Shown piece after piece: positions 47,960 through 57,391 of a stretch of DNA of 64,000 bases (its first letter is position 1; every line of letters starts with the position of its first letter). Source of the stretch: Candidatus Latescibacterota bacterium (GTDB lineage Bacteria > Latescibacterota > UBA2968 > UBA8231); NCBI GenBank assembly GCA_965203175.1, contig OZ241867.1, forward strand, positions 2,880,001 through 2,944,000, in the 5' to 3' direction. The notes under the pieces were generated by a model. The model was not told the origin of the DNA. It saw nothing but the letters and a program-made list of their open reading frames with translations, and searched no databases. The position numbers and the translations under genes were made by a program.

Positions 47960-48331
47960 ATGAGTGACTTGAGTTTGCTGAGAGGGGTTTACGCCGATGT
48001 CGAGGCTTATGGCACCCTGATAGACAAGGTAATTGAACGGCTGGGGCGAGGGGAGACCGATCTGCCCGATCCAAATCAGAAGAAGCTCGGGCAGCTTCTC
48101 ATTGATACCAGTGATCAGGGCCTCGAATCACAGTCCCTTGAGGCGCTGACCTTGGACAGCTTGCTCTGGTCAAACACCGGCGAGCCTTTTACGGGTCTGG
48201 ATTTGAAGCAACTTGGCGAGCACCTTCTCAGCGGCCAAGTTGATGTCAGCTATCATAAAGAGCTAGAGACGCTTGCCCGAAGACTGGAAAGGGAGCGGGC
48301 GGAGATTGCCCGTCAACTATGGAGACGTTGA
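47960..48331 (+). CDS. Hypothetical alpha-helical protein
   Basis: RBS ggag and ATG 47960; no recognised motif. Confidence 0.5.
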   Translation: MSDLSLLRGVYADVEAYGTLIDKVIERLGRGETDLPDPNQKKLGQLLIDTSDQGLESQSLEALTLDSLLWSNTGEPFTGLDLKQLGEHLLSGQVDVSYHKELETLARRLERERAEIARQLWRR

Positions 48332-48548
48332 TGATTGAAACCTATCTCATTGGGTCGGTCGGCCAATCGCTAAAGCGGATACGGCGACTGCAACAAATTA
48401 TCCAAGGACCGTATTCGCAGGAGATCGGGCTTTCAGGAGGGTACATCTTAGCCGTGTGGTAATGAGCCGAGTGTGGAACCTGTACGGCGGGCAGAGCGAA
48501 AGTCAAAAGAATAAGGACGTACCCACAACCAGAATAGGAGATAGCTCT

Positions 48549-48842
48549 ATGAAATTCTTGGATAAGATCAGTGGTAAAGCGGTAGAAGAGAAGATAGGGG
48601 AGTATAGCGAAGTATATGGGGAAGTTCTACTCGGCTTACACAAAGAATTAGAGAGACAGAATACCCTACTTGAAAAGCACGAGCAACAATTCAATTCTCA
48701 GGAAGAAAATTTGCATGAGCAAATTCAGCTCAAATCTCAGGTAAAAAAGCTGCATGGGCAAGTTCAACAGTTACGAATCCTCTGTGTTCTCTCATATGTT
48801 TTCGTTATCGGTGTGGGGGTAGTTATATGGATGATAAGTTAA
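48549..48842 (+). CDS. Coiled-coil protein with C-terminal transmembrane helix
   Basis: RBS aggag; Q/E/L heptads; hydrophobic tail; low GC. Confidence 0.6.
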   Translation: MKFLDKISGKAVEEKIGEYSEVYGEVLLGLHKELERQNTLLEKHEQQFNSQEENLHEQIQLKSQVKKLHGQVQQLRILCVLSYVFVIGVGVVIWMIS

Positions 48843-49846
48843 GTTCTCTTGCCAATCGGTATCGAAACAACCGCGGATCAGATCAATCGGTTAGAGATGC
48901 TATAGTGGAACTTTATCAGCACTACGTCAAAAAGCGTGAACAGGCACTTATTGACGCAGCCGCAGCAGCTACGGCCGTGAGTGCGCTATTCCTTACCGAT
49001 CAGATTGATATGTCTCAAGTTACCCCACAGATGGCTGAGGCGTTTAGCTTAGCTTATCCAAATGTTGATCTTTCATCTCTAGCGGATCGCTCACCTGATG
49101 AGATCGAAGGGTTTCTCTCGGCTTGGAAAGGGAAGTATTTTGAAGTTCTCGTTCGAGATGAACTGAATGCAGGTGAATGGGTAGGTGATATTCACTTGGA
49201 ACCAGGACAGACAGCTCTGCTAGCGGAAAGCGCAACACAGCCGGGATGGGATCTGCAAATAATTAACAGTGATGGCTCGGTTGCCCAAGACCTCCAATTA
49301 AAAGCCACTGAGTCACTCTCTTATGTCAAAGAAGCATTAGAACGTTATCCAGATATTGATGTGCTAACAACGGATGAAGTGTTTAATGCTGGGGGGGATA
49401 CGGCGCAAAATATATTCTCTAGTGGCTTTTCAGATGAAGCACTAGAGGAGACTATCCGTGCTCCTATGGAAGATCTTCTTGACGGACCACTAGAAGAATT
49501 GCTTGAAACTGTTTTACCCGGTTTACCTTTTGCCTTAATTGCAGTAGGAGAAGGACGCAAGGTCCTGATGGGGCGCAAAACTTTCGATATTGCGATGCAG
49601 GATGGATTATCGAGAGCCGTAAAATCTGGAGCCGCTATTGGGGCTGGCGCACTTGTAGCATTTCTTGATGGTGGCCTATTAAGTATTCCTGCATCGTTCT
49701 TGACTCGTATGGGAATAGATCGCTACCAAATAATGGGACGATCTGTCATAAATTTGGATAGACGCATTGAGTCTATTCGCAGTTTAGAGTCTCGACCTCT
49801 TCTGCTCAATGCAGGTCGTAACGTGAGATTATCTCAGACCAGTTAG
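48827..49846 (+). CDS. Hypothetical protein with a PD-(D/E)XK-like motif and Gly-rich hydrophobic tail; 3' end lies inside the IS
   Basis: KGKYFE...PGWDLQI...LQLKAT; last 10 residues are encoded by the IS left end. Confidence 0.55.
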   Translation: MDDKLSSLANRYRNNRGSDQSVRDAIVELYQHYVKKREQALIDAAAAATAVSALFLTDQIDMSQVTPQMAEAFSLAYPNVDLSSLADRSPDEIEGFLSAWKGKYFEVLVRDELNAGEWVGDIHLEPGQTALLAESATQPGWDLQIINSDGSVAQDLQLKATESLSYVKEALERYPDIDVLTTDEVFNAGGDTAQNIFSSGFSDEALEETIRAPMEDLLDGPLEELLETVLPGLPFALIAVGEGRKVLMGRKTFDIAMQDGLSRAVKSGAAIGAGALVAFLDGGLLSIPASFLTRMGIDRYQIMGRSVINLDRRIESIRSLESRPLLLNAGRNVRLSQTS

Positions 49847-51043
49847 GTCTAGTGCTGGCCTTGTGCTCTTTATTTATCTCTCCAAACCGCCAAGCAAGGA
49901 GGGATAAAGATGCAAGAGCCAAGACCAGCGTTGGAGAATTTGTGCTGTCTCAATACCCAATGCAAGACCTACGGCCAACGCGGCCAAGCCAACCTGCGGG
50001 TGCGCAAGATCTATGGGGCGGATCGGATTCGCTATCTGCGCTGTCGGTGCTGCGGCGAGGAATTCAGCGAGCGCAAAGGCACGGCGTTGTTTAACTGCAA
50101 GATCAGCGAGGCGCAAGCCGTGTCGGTGATGGAGCATCTGGATAGTGCCTGTGGCTTGAATGCCACGGCGCGCTTGGTGGGGGTATCCAAGGATGCGGTT
50201 GGTCGTCTGCTGCGCGTGGGGGGCCGGATCAGCTATCAACTGCATGATCGGCTGGTTCGTAACGTGCATCCAGCGGCCCTCCAGTTTGATGAGAAATGGT
50301 CGTATGTGGCCAAAAAACAACGGCACATGACGCCGATGGACGATCCGAGTGAACGGGGGGATTATTGGGATGCCAACAGCTTGGATCCGCAGAGCAAACT
50401 GCTGGTATCGCTGGTGCCTGGACGCCGTACGACCCGCACGATTCACCAAGTGGTGGCCGACGCGGCCGAGCGGCTGGCTGCCAAGGCGGGGCTGCCGGCG
50501 CTGTTTACCGATGGCGAACCGACCTATCGCGAAGCGATTGTAGCTACCTTTGGTCGGGCCTATCCCGTGCCGCGTCGAGGCCCCCGCGGCCGACCCCCGG
50601 CCCCGGTGGTGCGGATCCCCCAAGCGCTGGTGTATGCCCAGATTGTCAAACATCGGCAAGGGGGGCGGATCCAACAGATGGAAGTCCGACCGATCTTTGG
50701 CAAGGGCAAATTGGCCCAAGTCGTAGCCGATTTGGGCTGGACGAAAGCCAACACCAGCGCCATTGAGCGGTTCAACCTGACCGATCGGATGCGCAACGCA
50801 CGAAAGGGGCGCAAAACCCTGCACTTTTCGCGTCGGACGGATCGGCATGATGCCCTCAGTTGGATTGGTGCGGTGCGCTACAATTTTCATCATCCGCATC
50901 GGTCCTTGCGACAGCCGACGCAAGAAGGCCGATGGCAACACAGGAGTCCGGCGATGGCCGCCGGCATCGCCGATCATCTCTATTCCTCTCTGGAACTCAT
51001 GCGACTTTGTCCGGTTGGACTGAGATAATCACAAGCTACGACC
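49814..51043 (+). mobile_element. IS1-family insertion sequence, 1230 bp, 28-bp imperfect terminal inverted repeats, no target-site duplication
   Basis: Left GGTCGTAACGTGAGATTATCTCAGACCA; right (rc) GGTCGTAGCTTGTGATTATCTCAGTCCA, 24/28 match; GC higher than the flanks. Confidence 0.85.
49910..51028 (+). CDS. IS1-family transposase (Zn ribbon, HTH, DDE)
   Basis: C..N..C...C..C; QFDEKWSYV, FTDG, NTSAIERFN.T.R, YNF...H..L and SPAMAAGI motifs. Confidence 0.88.
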   Translation: MQEPRPALENLCCLNTQCKTYGQRGQANLRVRKIYGADRIRYLRCRCCGEEFSERKGTALFNCKISEAQAVSVMEHLDSACGLNATARLVGVSKDAVGRLLRVGGRISYQLHDRLVRNVHPAALQFDEKWSYVAKKQRHMTPMDDPSERGDYWDANSLDPQSKLLVSLVPGRRTTRTIHQVVADAAERLAAKAGLPALFTDGEPTYREAIVATFGRAYPVPRRGPRGRPPAPVVRIPQALVYAQIVKHRQGGRIQQMEVRPIFGKGKLAQVVADLGWTKANTSAIERFNLTDRMRNARKGRKTLHFSRRTDRHDALSWIGAVRYNFHHPHRSLRQPTQEGRWQHRSPAMAAGIADHLYSSLELMRLCPVGLR

Positions 51044-51451
51044 GAAGATGACTCAGACTTGCAAGATCTTTGGGCTAAGTTACTTGTCAATTCTAGCACT
51101 GAAGCCAGTGGGATATCTCTCAACCGAATTTATATAGATATATTAGAAAGACTCAGTCCATTAGAAGCTCAAATTCTATCGGCCATCTATTCATTGCAAG
51201 AAATAGAAGAGCTTCAACATCTAGGTGTATTAACATCAGAGCTTCCACAGAAGGCGCTGCCCGCTACTGAGCAGGAAAAAAATCAGGCTATTGATCCTTC
51301 TGACGACGTCAAGCTCGCTCTAGCTAATTTAGCAAATATCGGTTGTATAAATATAGTTCGAACCCTAGGTGGGGGTGAAGCATTCGGGTGGGTTAATCCT
51401 ACTGTTCTTGGTAAGAGCTTTTATGAGGCATGTACTCTAAATAAGGGATGA
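51044..51451 (+). pseudogene. C-terminal part of an Abi-alpha/DUF4393-like protein, cut at the 5' side by the IS
   Basis: Frame starts at the IS end with EDDSDLQDLWAKLLVNS..IYIDILERLSPLEAQIL; no RBS or start of its own; low GC. Confidence 0.6.
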
Positions 51452-51641
51452 TATTTAACAGGACCTCCTATTAGGCTTGCTACGCTACTTTAAGGTTAGA
51501 TGAAATAGGAAAAGTAAAATCAGATTCTTTAAGTATACCTCTATATTATCGAGAGTTATACTGCATTTTTGCAGTATGACCACTAGTTATGCAGTAGCAA
51601 GCTTATCACGACGGGCCCCGTCGTAGCCAGGATTGACCTAG

Positions 51642-52946
51642 TTGCCATTCGACACTGACGAACGACTGAAGAGCTGTCTGGACACCAATCAGCTAGCACG
51701 GGAGCGGCTGTGCCACGCTGTACTGGCCCTAGACAAGAGATTCACCGAGGTCAATCCACGCCATCCGAGAGGAGGTCCGGATGGCGGACGAGACATCGAG
51801 GCGGTATTCAGGCAGGAGCAGCGTGTCTTTGGTGCGGTGGGCTTTGTCAACCAGGCCAACGACTCCGACGAACAGAAGAAGATCATCCGGAAGAAATTCG
51901 GGGATGATCTTAAGAGCGCTCTTGCCGCCGCTCCGAAACCTGAGGTCTTCGTCTTCCTGACCAACGTCAACCTCACCATCGGCGAAAAAGACGAGCTTGT
52001 CAGCAAGGCGAAGGCAAAGCGCTTGGTACATGCCGAGATCCTCGATAGAGAACGGATCCGGATTGCCCTCGACAGTCCAGATGGATTCGCTGCGAGATTC
52101 CAATATCTCGGCATTTCGATGTCTGAGGCGGAACAAGCTAGCTTTTTCTCGAGGTGGGGCGACGACATCCAGTCCCTAGTCACCACGGGCTTCCAGCGCC
52201 TTGAAGGCACGCTCGAACGGCTCCTCTTCCTTCAAGAGGCGACAGATGTCGTGCCAACTCTTGTTGTTGTACTCGAACTGAGGGAATCGTACTCCGCCGA
52301 ACAGATCGGACACTTCAGGGCGTTCTGTTCACTCTATCTCAAAGAGGTCCGACACGGAATCGTGTCAATTCTCTTCGGCTCTACTGACAAGCAGGATCGC
52401 CTAAGGACCGTCATTTCCTCCACTGAGAAGGGGGGAATTAAGTACGGCATCAGTGGAGGCCAGTGGGAGCAACGCATCGATCTTGCCAGACGAGACCTTG
52501 GGGAACAAGGGATGAAGCAAGAGGACGAGGACGGATCCGAACCGATTCTCACTGGCTCCTCGTCGGGAATCGGTGTCGATCCTGTGCCAAGAATTGCTAT
52601 ACAATACAACAACGATAACTTCATCAGGTTCGAACCACGCCTCTCACTGAGAGACTTCGATAAGGCGATGTTCCTTCCGATTCTCAATGAGTCGCTTGCG
52701 GAGAAGGTCAGGGGCGTCCATCTCTTCGGTGGGGGCTACAAGATCATGCAAGTGATGGAGGACGACCTCGGTATCGACAGATCGCCCTTTGAGCTGGATA
52801 TCCCAGTGGAGTTCACGTCGTCGGAGCTGGCTGATCCGTGGGTCCGGATTCGACCGAAAAGGGTGTCTGCCTTCAGGATCTCGTTCTTCGAACAGACGCC
52901 TATGCGAATGTCCAATCCTCGCAAGACTGAACACGAGGATTGGTAA
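51642..52946 (+). CDS. Protein with N-terminal restriction-endonuclease-like (Mrr-type) domain and unknown C-terminal domain
   Basis: ERLC..VL..P.GGPDGGRDIEA..KKF.DDL.....FVFLTNV; codon usage differs from the host-like genes. Confidence 0.55.
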   Translation: MPFDTDERLKSCLDTNQLARERLCHAVLALDKRFTEVNPRHPRGGPDGGRDIEAVFRQEQRVFGAVGFVNQANDSDEQKKIIRKKFGDDLKSALAAAPKPEVFVFLTNVNLTIGEKDELVSKAKAKRLVHAEILDRERIRIALDSPDGFAARFQYLGISMSEAEQASFFSRWGDDIQSLVTTGFQRLEGTLERLLFLQEATDVVPTLVVVLELRESYSAEQIGHFRAFCSLYLKEVRHGIVSILFGSTDKQDRLRTVISSTEKGGIKYGISGGQWEQRIDLARRDLGEQGMKQEDEDGSEPILTGSSSGIGVDPVPRIAIQYNNDNFIRFEPRLSLRDFDKAMFLPILNESLAEKVRGVHLFGGGYKIMQVMEDDLGIDRSPFELDIPVEFTSSELADPWVRIRPKRVSAFRISFFEQTPMRMSNPRKTEHEDW

Positions 52947-53070
52947 GTCCTTGAGAATGCATAATATGAAAATGGATCAAACGAATTTAAACTGTGGTTC
53001 AGCGGCGTCCCAATGGAGGTTCATCGGGCTAGATTGGTGAAACTGACCGACGGTGTAGCCACCTTATGAC

Positions 53071-53301
53071 TTAGTGCAGAGCATCGTCTAGTGTTGCTTC
53101 AACCGGGGGTGGGAATTCGATTTTGTAAAAGCGGTCGGCATCAAATACGTAATCTTCGCCACTTTCATCTACCATGCGAATGTACCCGTGAGCAGCGGAC
53201 TCCTGATCGGGAATTACGCGATACACTTTTCCGACTTCGAGCGAAGCCTCATAACCTTCGTTGTTGAGACAAATCGCGAATTGTGACGTTCTTTTTTTCA
53301 C
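53071..53301 (-). CDS. Small conserved-looking hypothetical protein
   Basis: FAICLNNEGYEASLE..KVY..IPD...IR..DESGEDY; GTG start at 53301. Confidence 0.55.
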   Translation of the reverse strand: MKKRTSQFAICLNNEGYEASLEVGKVYRVIPDQESAAHGYIRMVDESGEDYVFDADRFYKIEFPPPVEATLDDALH

Positions 53302-53326
53302 TGTAAAGCGTGGTTTCTCGCACTTC

Positions 53327-54133
53327 TTAGATCGTCGTCGCCAAAAACCCCCCATCAACACGGATGTCCGTGCCGGTGACAAAGCCGCTGGCCGCGTCCG
53401 ACGCGAGGAACACCGCTGCGCCGACCAGTTCCTCGGGGCGGCCAAAGCGGTCCATGGGCGTGTGGGAGAGGATTTGTTGGCCGCGTTCGGTTGGGGTGCC
53501 GTCGTCTTCAAAGAGCAAGCGGCGGTTTTGCTCGGCGGGGAAGAAGCCCGGGGTGATAGAGTTGACCCGCACGCCTTTGTCGGCCCATTCCCGCGCGAGG
53601 AATTGCGTTAGGTTCAATACAGCCGCTTTGGCCGCTGAGTACGCCACCACCCGCGAAACCGGCAGATGGGCGGCGATCGAGGCGATGTTGATGATGCTGC
53701 CCCGGCCCCGTGCGGCCATGGCCGAGCCGAATTCTTGGCAGGGCAACAGCGCGCCAGCCCCCAAGTTCAAGTCGAAACAACGCTGCCAATCGTCGGTTGC
53801 TATCGCGGCAAAGTCTAGGTCGTCGTTTAGGGTCACCTGTGGCTGATTGCCGCCGGCTGCGTTGAGTAGCACGTTGACGGGCCCCAACGCTGCGACGACC
53901 GCTTCGTGGGCGGCCTTGAGCGACGCTTTGTCTGTGGCGTCGCAAGCGGCAAAAACGCCCGTGCCTCCTGCGGCCTCTATCGCTGCTACTCGCTTATTTC
54001 CCCGGTCATGGTCTCGCCCCAACACTGCTACGGAGGCTCCGGCCTCGGCCAATCCCTGGGCCATTGCCCCGCCCAATACGCCAGTGCCACCGATGACTAC
54101 TGCTACTTCGCCCTGCAAATTCCATTGACTCAT
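53327..54133 (-). CDS. SDR oxidoreductase (D-mannonate/gluconate dehydrogenase-like)
   Basis: GGTGVLG, NAAGGN, YSAAK and PGFFPAEQNR motifs. Confidence 0.85.
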   Translation of the reverse strand: MSQWNLQGEVAVVIGGTGVLGGAMAQGLAEAGASVAVLGRDHDRGNKRVAAIEAAGGTGVFAACDATDKASLKAAHEAVVAALGPVNVLLNAAGGNQPQVTLNDDLDFAAIATDDWQRCFDLNLGAGALLPCQEFGSAMAARGRGSIINIASIAAHLPVSRVVAYSAAKAAVLNLTQFLAREWADKGVRVNSITPGFFPAEQNRRLLFEDDGTPTERGQQILSHTPMDRFGRPEELVGAAVFLASDAASGFVTGTDIRVDGGFLATTI

Positions 54134-54134
54134 T

Positions 54135-54842
54135 TCAATACCCCAGTGCTTTAGATAAAAGTCCAATAGTGCCGCCGAACACATTGCCCCAGACGATTAG
54201 CCAGCCCAAGTGCTCGCGGATTACTTCCTCCATCATCTCCTTGACCCGGTCGGGGGTCAGCTCCTCTAACTTGGTTTCCAGCAGGCCGTCAACCTGCTGT
54301 CGCATTGAGCTGACGTCAATACCCGCTTCGTCGGCCAAAAGCGGCGCAATCTCGCTCCCGAACCCAATCACGAACTGCTTGACCAGCGGCTTGACCGTCT
54401 GCGTCCCCACCAACTGGAGCATCATCCCCTGCGGCGATTCCGCCAACTCTTCGAGCTTGCGGTCGATGATCGCGTCAACCTCGTCGGACGCCAGCACCGT
54501 CTGTACCTTTTCTCCCACATCGTCTCCGGCCATCCGCTCGGCGAAGAATCGCTCTAGATACTCCTCGTCGAAGAAGTAGCGCATGATGGCGTCTTTGACC
54601 GCTTCCCGGATGGCGCGGAAGCGCGCTGGAATTACCCCCGATCCGTACAGCAGGGGCACGCGGTCGAAGAGCATTTTTACTGCTAACCAGTTGGTCGCAC
54701 CGCCGGCAAAGCCAAACAATCCGACCGCCAGCACCCACTCGCTGCCATCGATCCCTTCAACGCGCCCCCATAGACCTGCTAGCAATAGGACGAGTGAAAT
54801 CAGGTTGCTGACGTTGCCCTTTTCCCACCGCGCTTTCTTCAT
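54135..54842 (-). CDS. DUF445-like membrane protein
   Basis: GGATNWLAVKMLF..GVIP; HLGWLIVWGNVFGG. Confidence 0.75.
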   Translation of the reverse strand: MKKARWEKGNVSNLISLVLLLAGLWGRVEGIDGSEWVLAVGLFGFAGGATNWLAVKMLFDRVPLLYGSGVIPARFRAIREAVKDAIMRYFFDEEYLERFFAERMAGDDVGEKVQTVLASDEVDAIIDRKLEELAESPQGMMLQLVGTQTVKPLVKQFVIGFGSEIAPLLADEAGIDVSSMRQQVDGLLETKLEELTPDRVKEMMEEVIREHLGWLIVWGNVFGGTIGLLSKALGY

Positions 54843-54848
54843 AGGGTC

Positions 54849-55943
54849 TTATCGGGCTGTCTTCGTCTTCTGCTTGTCCTCGTGCCGCTCGATTCCCAAC
54901 TGGACCAACCGGTCGATCAAATCACCGTAACTCAGGCCGCTCGCCTCCCACAACTTGGGATACATGCTGATGGGCGTAAACCCCGGCATGGTGTTGATCT
55001 CGTTGATGAAAATCGCCTCGTCGCTTTCGCGCACGAAAAAGTCCACTCGCGCTAAACCCCAGGCTTCGACCGCCTGAAAGGCCCGGATGCCCAGCTCGCG
55101 CACGGCCTCTTGGGTGGCCGGCGAGATGCGCGCTGGAATGATCAGGTCGGAGTTGTCGTCAATGTATTTGGCGTTATAGTCGTAAAAGTCATTGCCCGGC
55201 ACGATCTCGCCGGTGATGGACGCTTCTGGCGACTCGTTGCCCAAAATCGCCACTTCGACTTCGCGGCAGCCGCTCGCTTCGGCCTCGACAACGACTTTGT
55301 AGTCGTATTGCGCTGCTTCGTCGATGGCCTGTTCCAGTTCGGCACCATCGCGGGCTTTGCTCACCCCGACGCTCGAACCGAGGTTCACCGGCTTGACGAA
55401 GACGGGGTAGGCCAGCGCTGCTTCGACCTCGGTCCGCACTCCGGCGCGGTCCTTTTCCCAACGGCTGCGTCGGACTATCTGGTAGTCCACCTGCGGCAAT
55501 CCCTCGGCCTTGAAGACCCGCTTCATCAGCTCCTTGTCCATGCCCACGGCTGAGCCGACGACGCCGGCCCCCACATAGGCTACATTGGCGAGTTCCATCA
55601 GGCCCTGCACAGTGCCGTCCTCGCCGTAGGGGCCGTGCAGGAGAGGGAAGATTACGTCGAGGGCTTGGTCCTGCACATCGCCTCGCTGCGCCACGAGCGA
55701 GCGCGTCCCCAGATAGTCCAGCGCCACCGGCGTTAGCCCGTCCTCGTGGACTTGACTAGACGCTAGAAGCTGCTGCGTGTCCGCGGCGGACAGCCAGCGC
55801 CCTTCCTTGGAGATGCCGATCATCACCAGTTCGTACTTGTCCTTGTCGATGGCTTCCAACATCGAGCGCGCTGAAATCACCGAGACCTCGTGCTCGGCCG
55901 AGCGCCCGCCGCAGAGCACACCGAGGCGTATCTTGCGACCCAT
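54849..55943 (-). CDS. ddl: D-alanine--D-alanine ligase
   Basis: GGRSAEHEVS, LHGPYGEDG, KPVNLGSSVG, FYDYNAKY and NEINTMPGFT motifs. Confidence 0.96.
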   Translation of the reverse strand: MGRKIRLGVLCGGRSAEHEVSVISARSMLEAIDKDKYELVMIGISKEGRWLSAADTQQLLASSQVHEDGLTPVALDYLGTRSLVAQRGDVQDQALDVIFPLLHGPYGEDGTVQGLMELANVAYVGAGVVGSAVGMDKELMKRVFKAEGLPQVDYQIVRRSRWEKDRAGVRTEVEAALAYPVFVKPVNLGSSVGVSKARDGAELEQAIDEAAQYDYKVVVEAEASGCREVEVAILGNESPEASITGEIVPGNDFYDYNAKYIDDNSDLIIPARISPATQEAVRELGIRAFQAVEAWGLARVDFFVRESDEAIFINEINTMPGFTPISMYPKLWEASGLSYGDLIDRLVQLGIERHEDKQKTKTAR

Positions 55944-56111
55944 GTATTGCTGTTCCTTCGATTAAGTTGCGAGTAAAGTTGCCCCTTCTACCAATATAGA
56001 AGGGATGCCAAAAACTGTCGAGGAACGGCAACTTGCCCCTGCTGCGCGAATTGCGTATTTCTTCCCGCGTTCTCGTGCGCTGACTCTACTACACTCAAGG
56101 AGCGAACCGCT

Positions 56112-56924
56112 GTGAAATACCGCTACGCTGAAATGATTTGGAACGAGACCCGGGACGCCGCAGCCGCGGGCCGCGTGGCCGTGCTGCCCGTCGCTACCCA
56201 CGAAGACCACGGCCCGCATCTGCCGGTGGATACGGATGTGGTGCTGTGCCACGGCATCTGCGAGCGCGCCGTGGCTCGCATCCCAGAAGAAGCCGTGCTC
56301 GCCCCGCCTGTCACCCACGGCTACAGCCCGCACCACATGGATTTCCACGGCACCCTGACTATTACGTGGGACACCTTTATCCGCTACGTCAAGGACGTGT
56401 GTTGCAGCTTGGCCCACCACGGTTTTAAGCGCATCCTCATCGTCAATGGCCACGGCTCCAATACCTCGCCGCTCGACCTAGCAGCCCGTCTCACCGTCCT
56501 CGAATACGAGGGCCAGATCCTCTGCGCCTCGGTCAATCACTGGGATATACGCCGCGCCAAGACCGTGGGCAACGAACTGCGCGACTCAGACTACGGCGGT
56601 ACCTCGCACGCCGGCGAATACGAGACCTCGCTTTACTTGGCGCTCAAGCCGGAACTCGTCGAAATGGACAAGGCTGTTGACGAGCGTTCGCCGCTGTCGC
56701 CCAGCTTCCGCACCGACCTGTTGGCTGGCACGCACCCCGAGGGATCGGGTGCGCGACTGATACCGTACTGGAGCCAGCAGACGGGTAGCGGGGTTATGGG
56801 GGATGCGACTAAAGCTACCAAGGAAAAGGGTGAGAAATTTTTAGCAGCGGCGACCGAGGGGCTTGTAGAGCTAGTCCGCGAGTTGAAGAATCAGCCGATT
56901 CTGCCGCGCCGCGATCAGCATTGA
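56112..56924 (+). CDS. Creatininase family amidohydrolase
   Basis: EDHGPHLPVDTD, NGHGSN and HAGEYETS motifs. Confidence 0.9.
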   Translation: MKYRYAEMIWNETRDAAAAGRVAVLPVATHEDHGPHLPVDTDVVLCHGICERAVARIPEEAVLAPPVTHGYSPHHMDFHGTLTITWDTFIRYVKDVCCSLAHHGFKRILIVNGHGSNTSPLDLAARLTVLEYEGQILCASVNHWDIRRAKTVGNELRDSDYGGTSHAGEYETSLYLALKPELVEMDKAVDERSPLSPSFRTDLLAGTHPEGSGARLIPYWSQQTGSGVMGDATKATKEKGEKFLAAATEGLVELVRELKNQPILPRRDQH

Positions 56925-56968
56925 CGCGACGCGCACATTTGGAACTACTGTGAATAAGGAGGATTGTC

Positions 56969-57361
56969 ATGGACCGTTGGAATTTTGAGTGGTGGCATGT
57001 CCTTGTGCTGTACGCAGCGATGATCGTTACCAATGCCGTGATGGCCATTATTGAGAAAGAGATCGGCACAATAGGTGCCTATCTGACCATACTCGCGCTC
57101 TTTGTCGTATCTGCGAATCTGTTTTACTATGTGCGAAAGAAGAAAGCGACGACACAAGAAGGAAGTGTCATGGACCGTTGGAACTTTGAGTGGCGACATA
57201 TTCTTGTATTGTACGCAGCGATGATCGTTACCAATGCTGTGATGGCCATTATTGAGAAAGAGATCGGCACAATAGGTGCCTATCTGACCATACTCGCTAT
57301 GTTCCTCGTAGCGAATCTGCTTTACCATACGCGACGTAAAAACGCGACTGACGCAAGTTGA
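56969..57361 (+). CDS. Small membrane protein made of two in-frame tandem copies of a two-TM unit
   Basis: MDRWNFEW..AYLTILA occurs twice, 201 bp apart; RBS taaggagg. Confidence 0.7.
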   Translation: MDRWNFEWWHVLVLYAAMIVTNAVMAIIEKEIGTIGAYLTILALFVVSANLFYYVRKKKATTQEGSVMDRWNFEWRHILVLYAAMIVTNAVMAIIEKEIGTIGAYLTILAMFLVANLLYHTRRKNATDAS

Positions 57362-57391
57362 CGTTTTCCATTACCCAATCAGGAGCCTGTA

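Noticed and set aside
48331-48462. 43-codon ORF coupled to 47960..48331, possibly a truncated gene
   Set aside because: Too short, with no recognisable motif.
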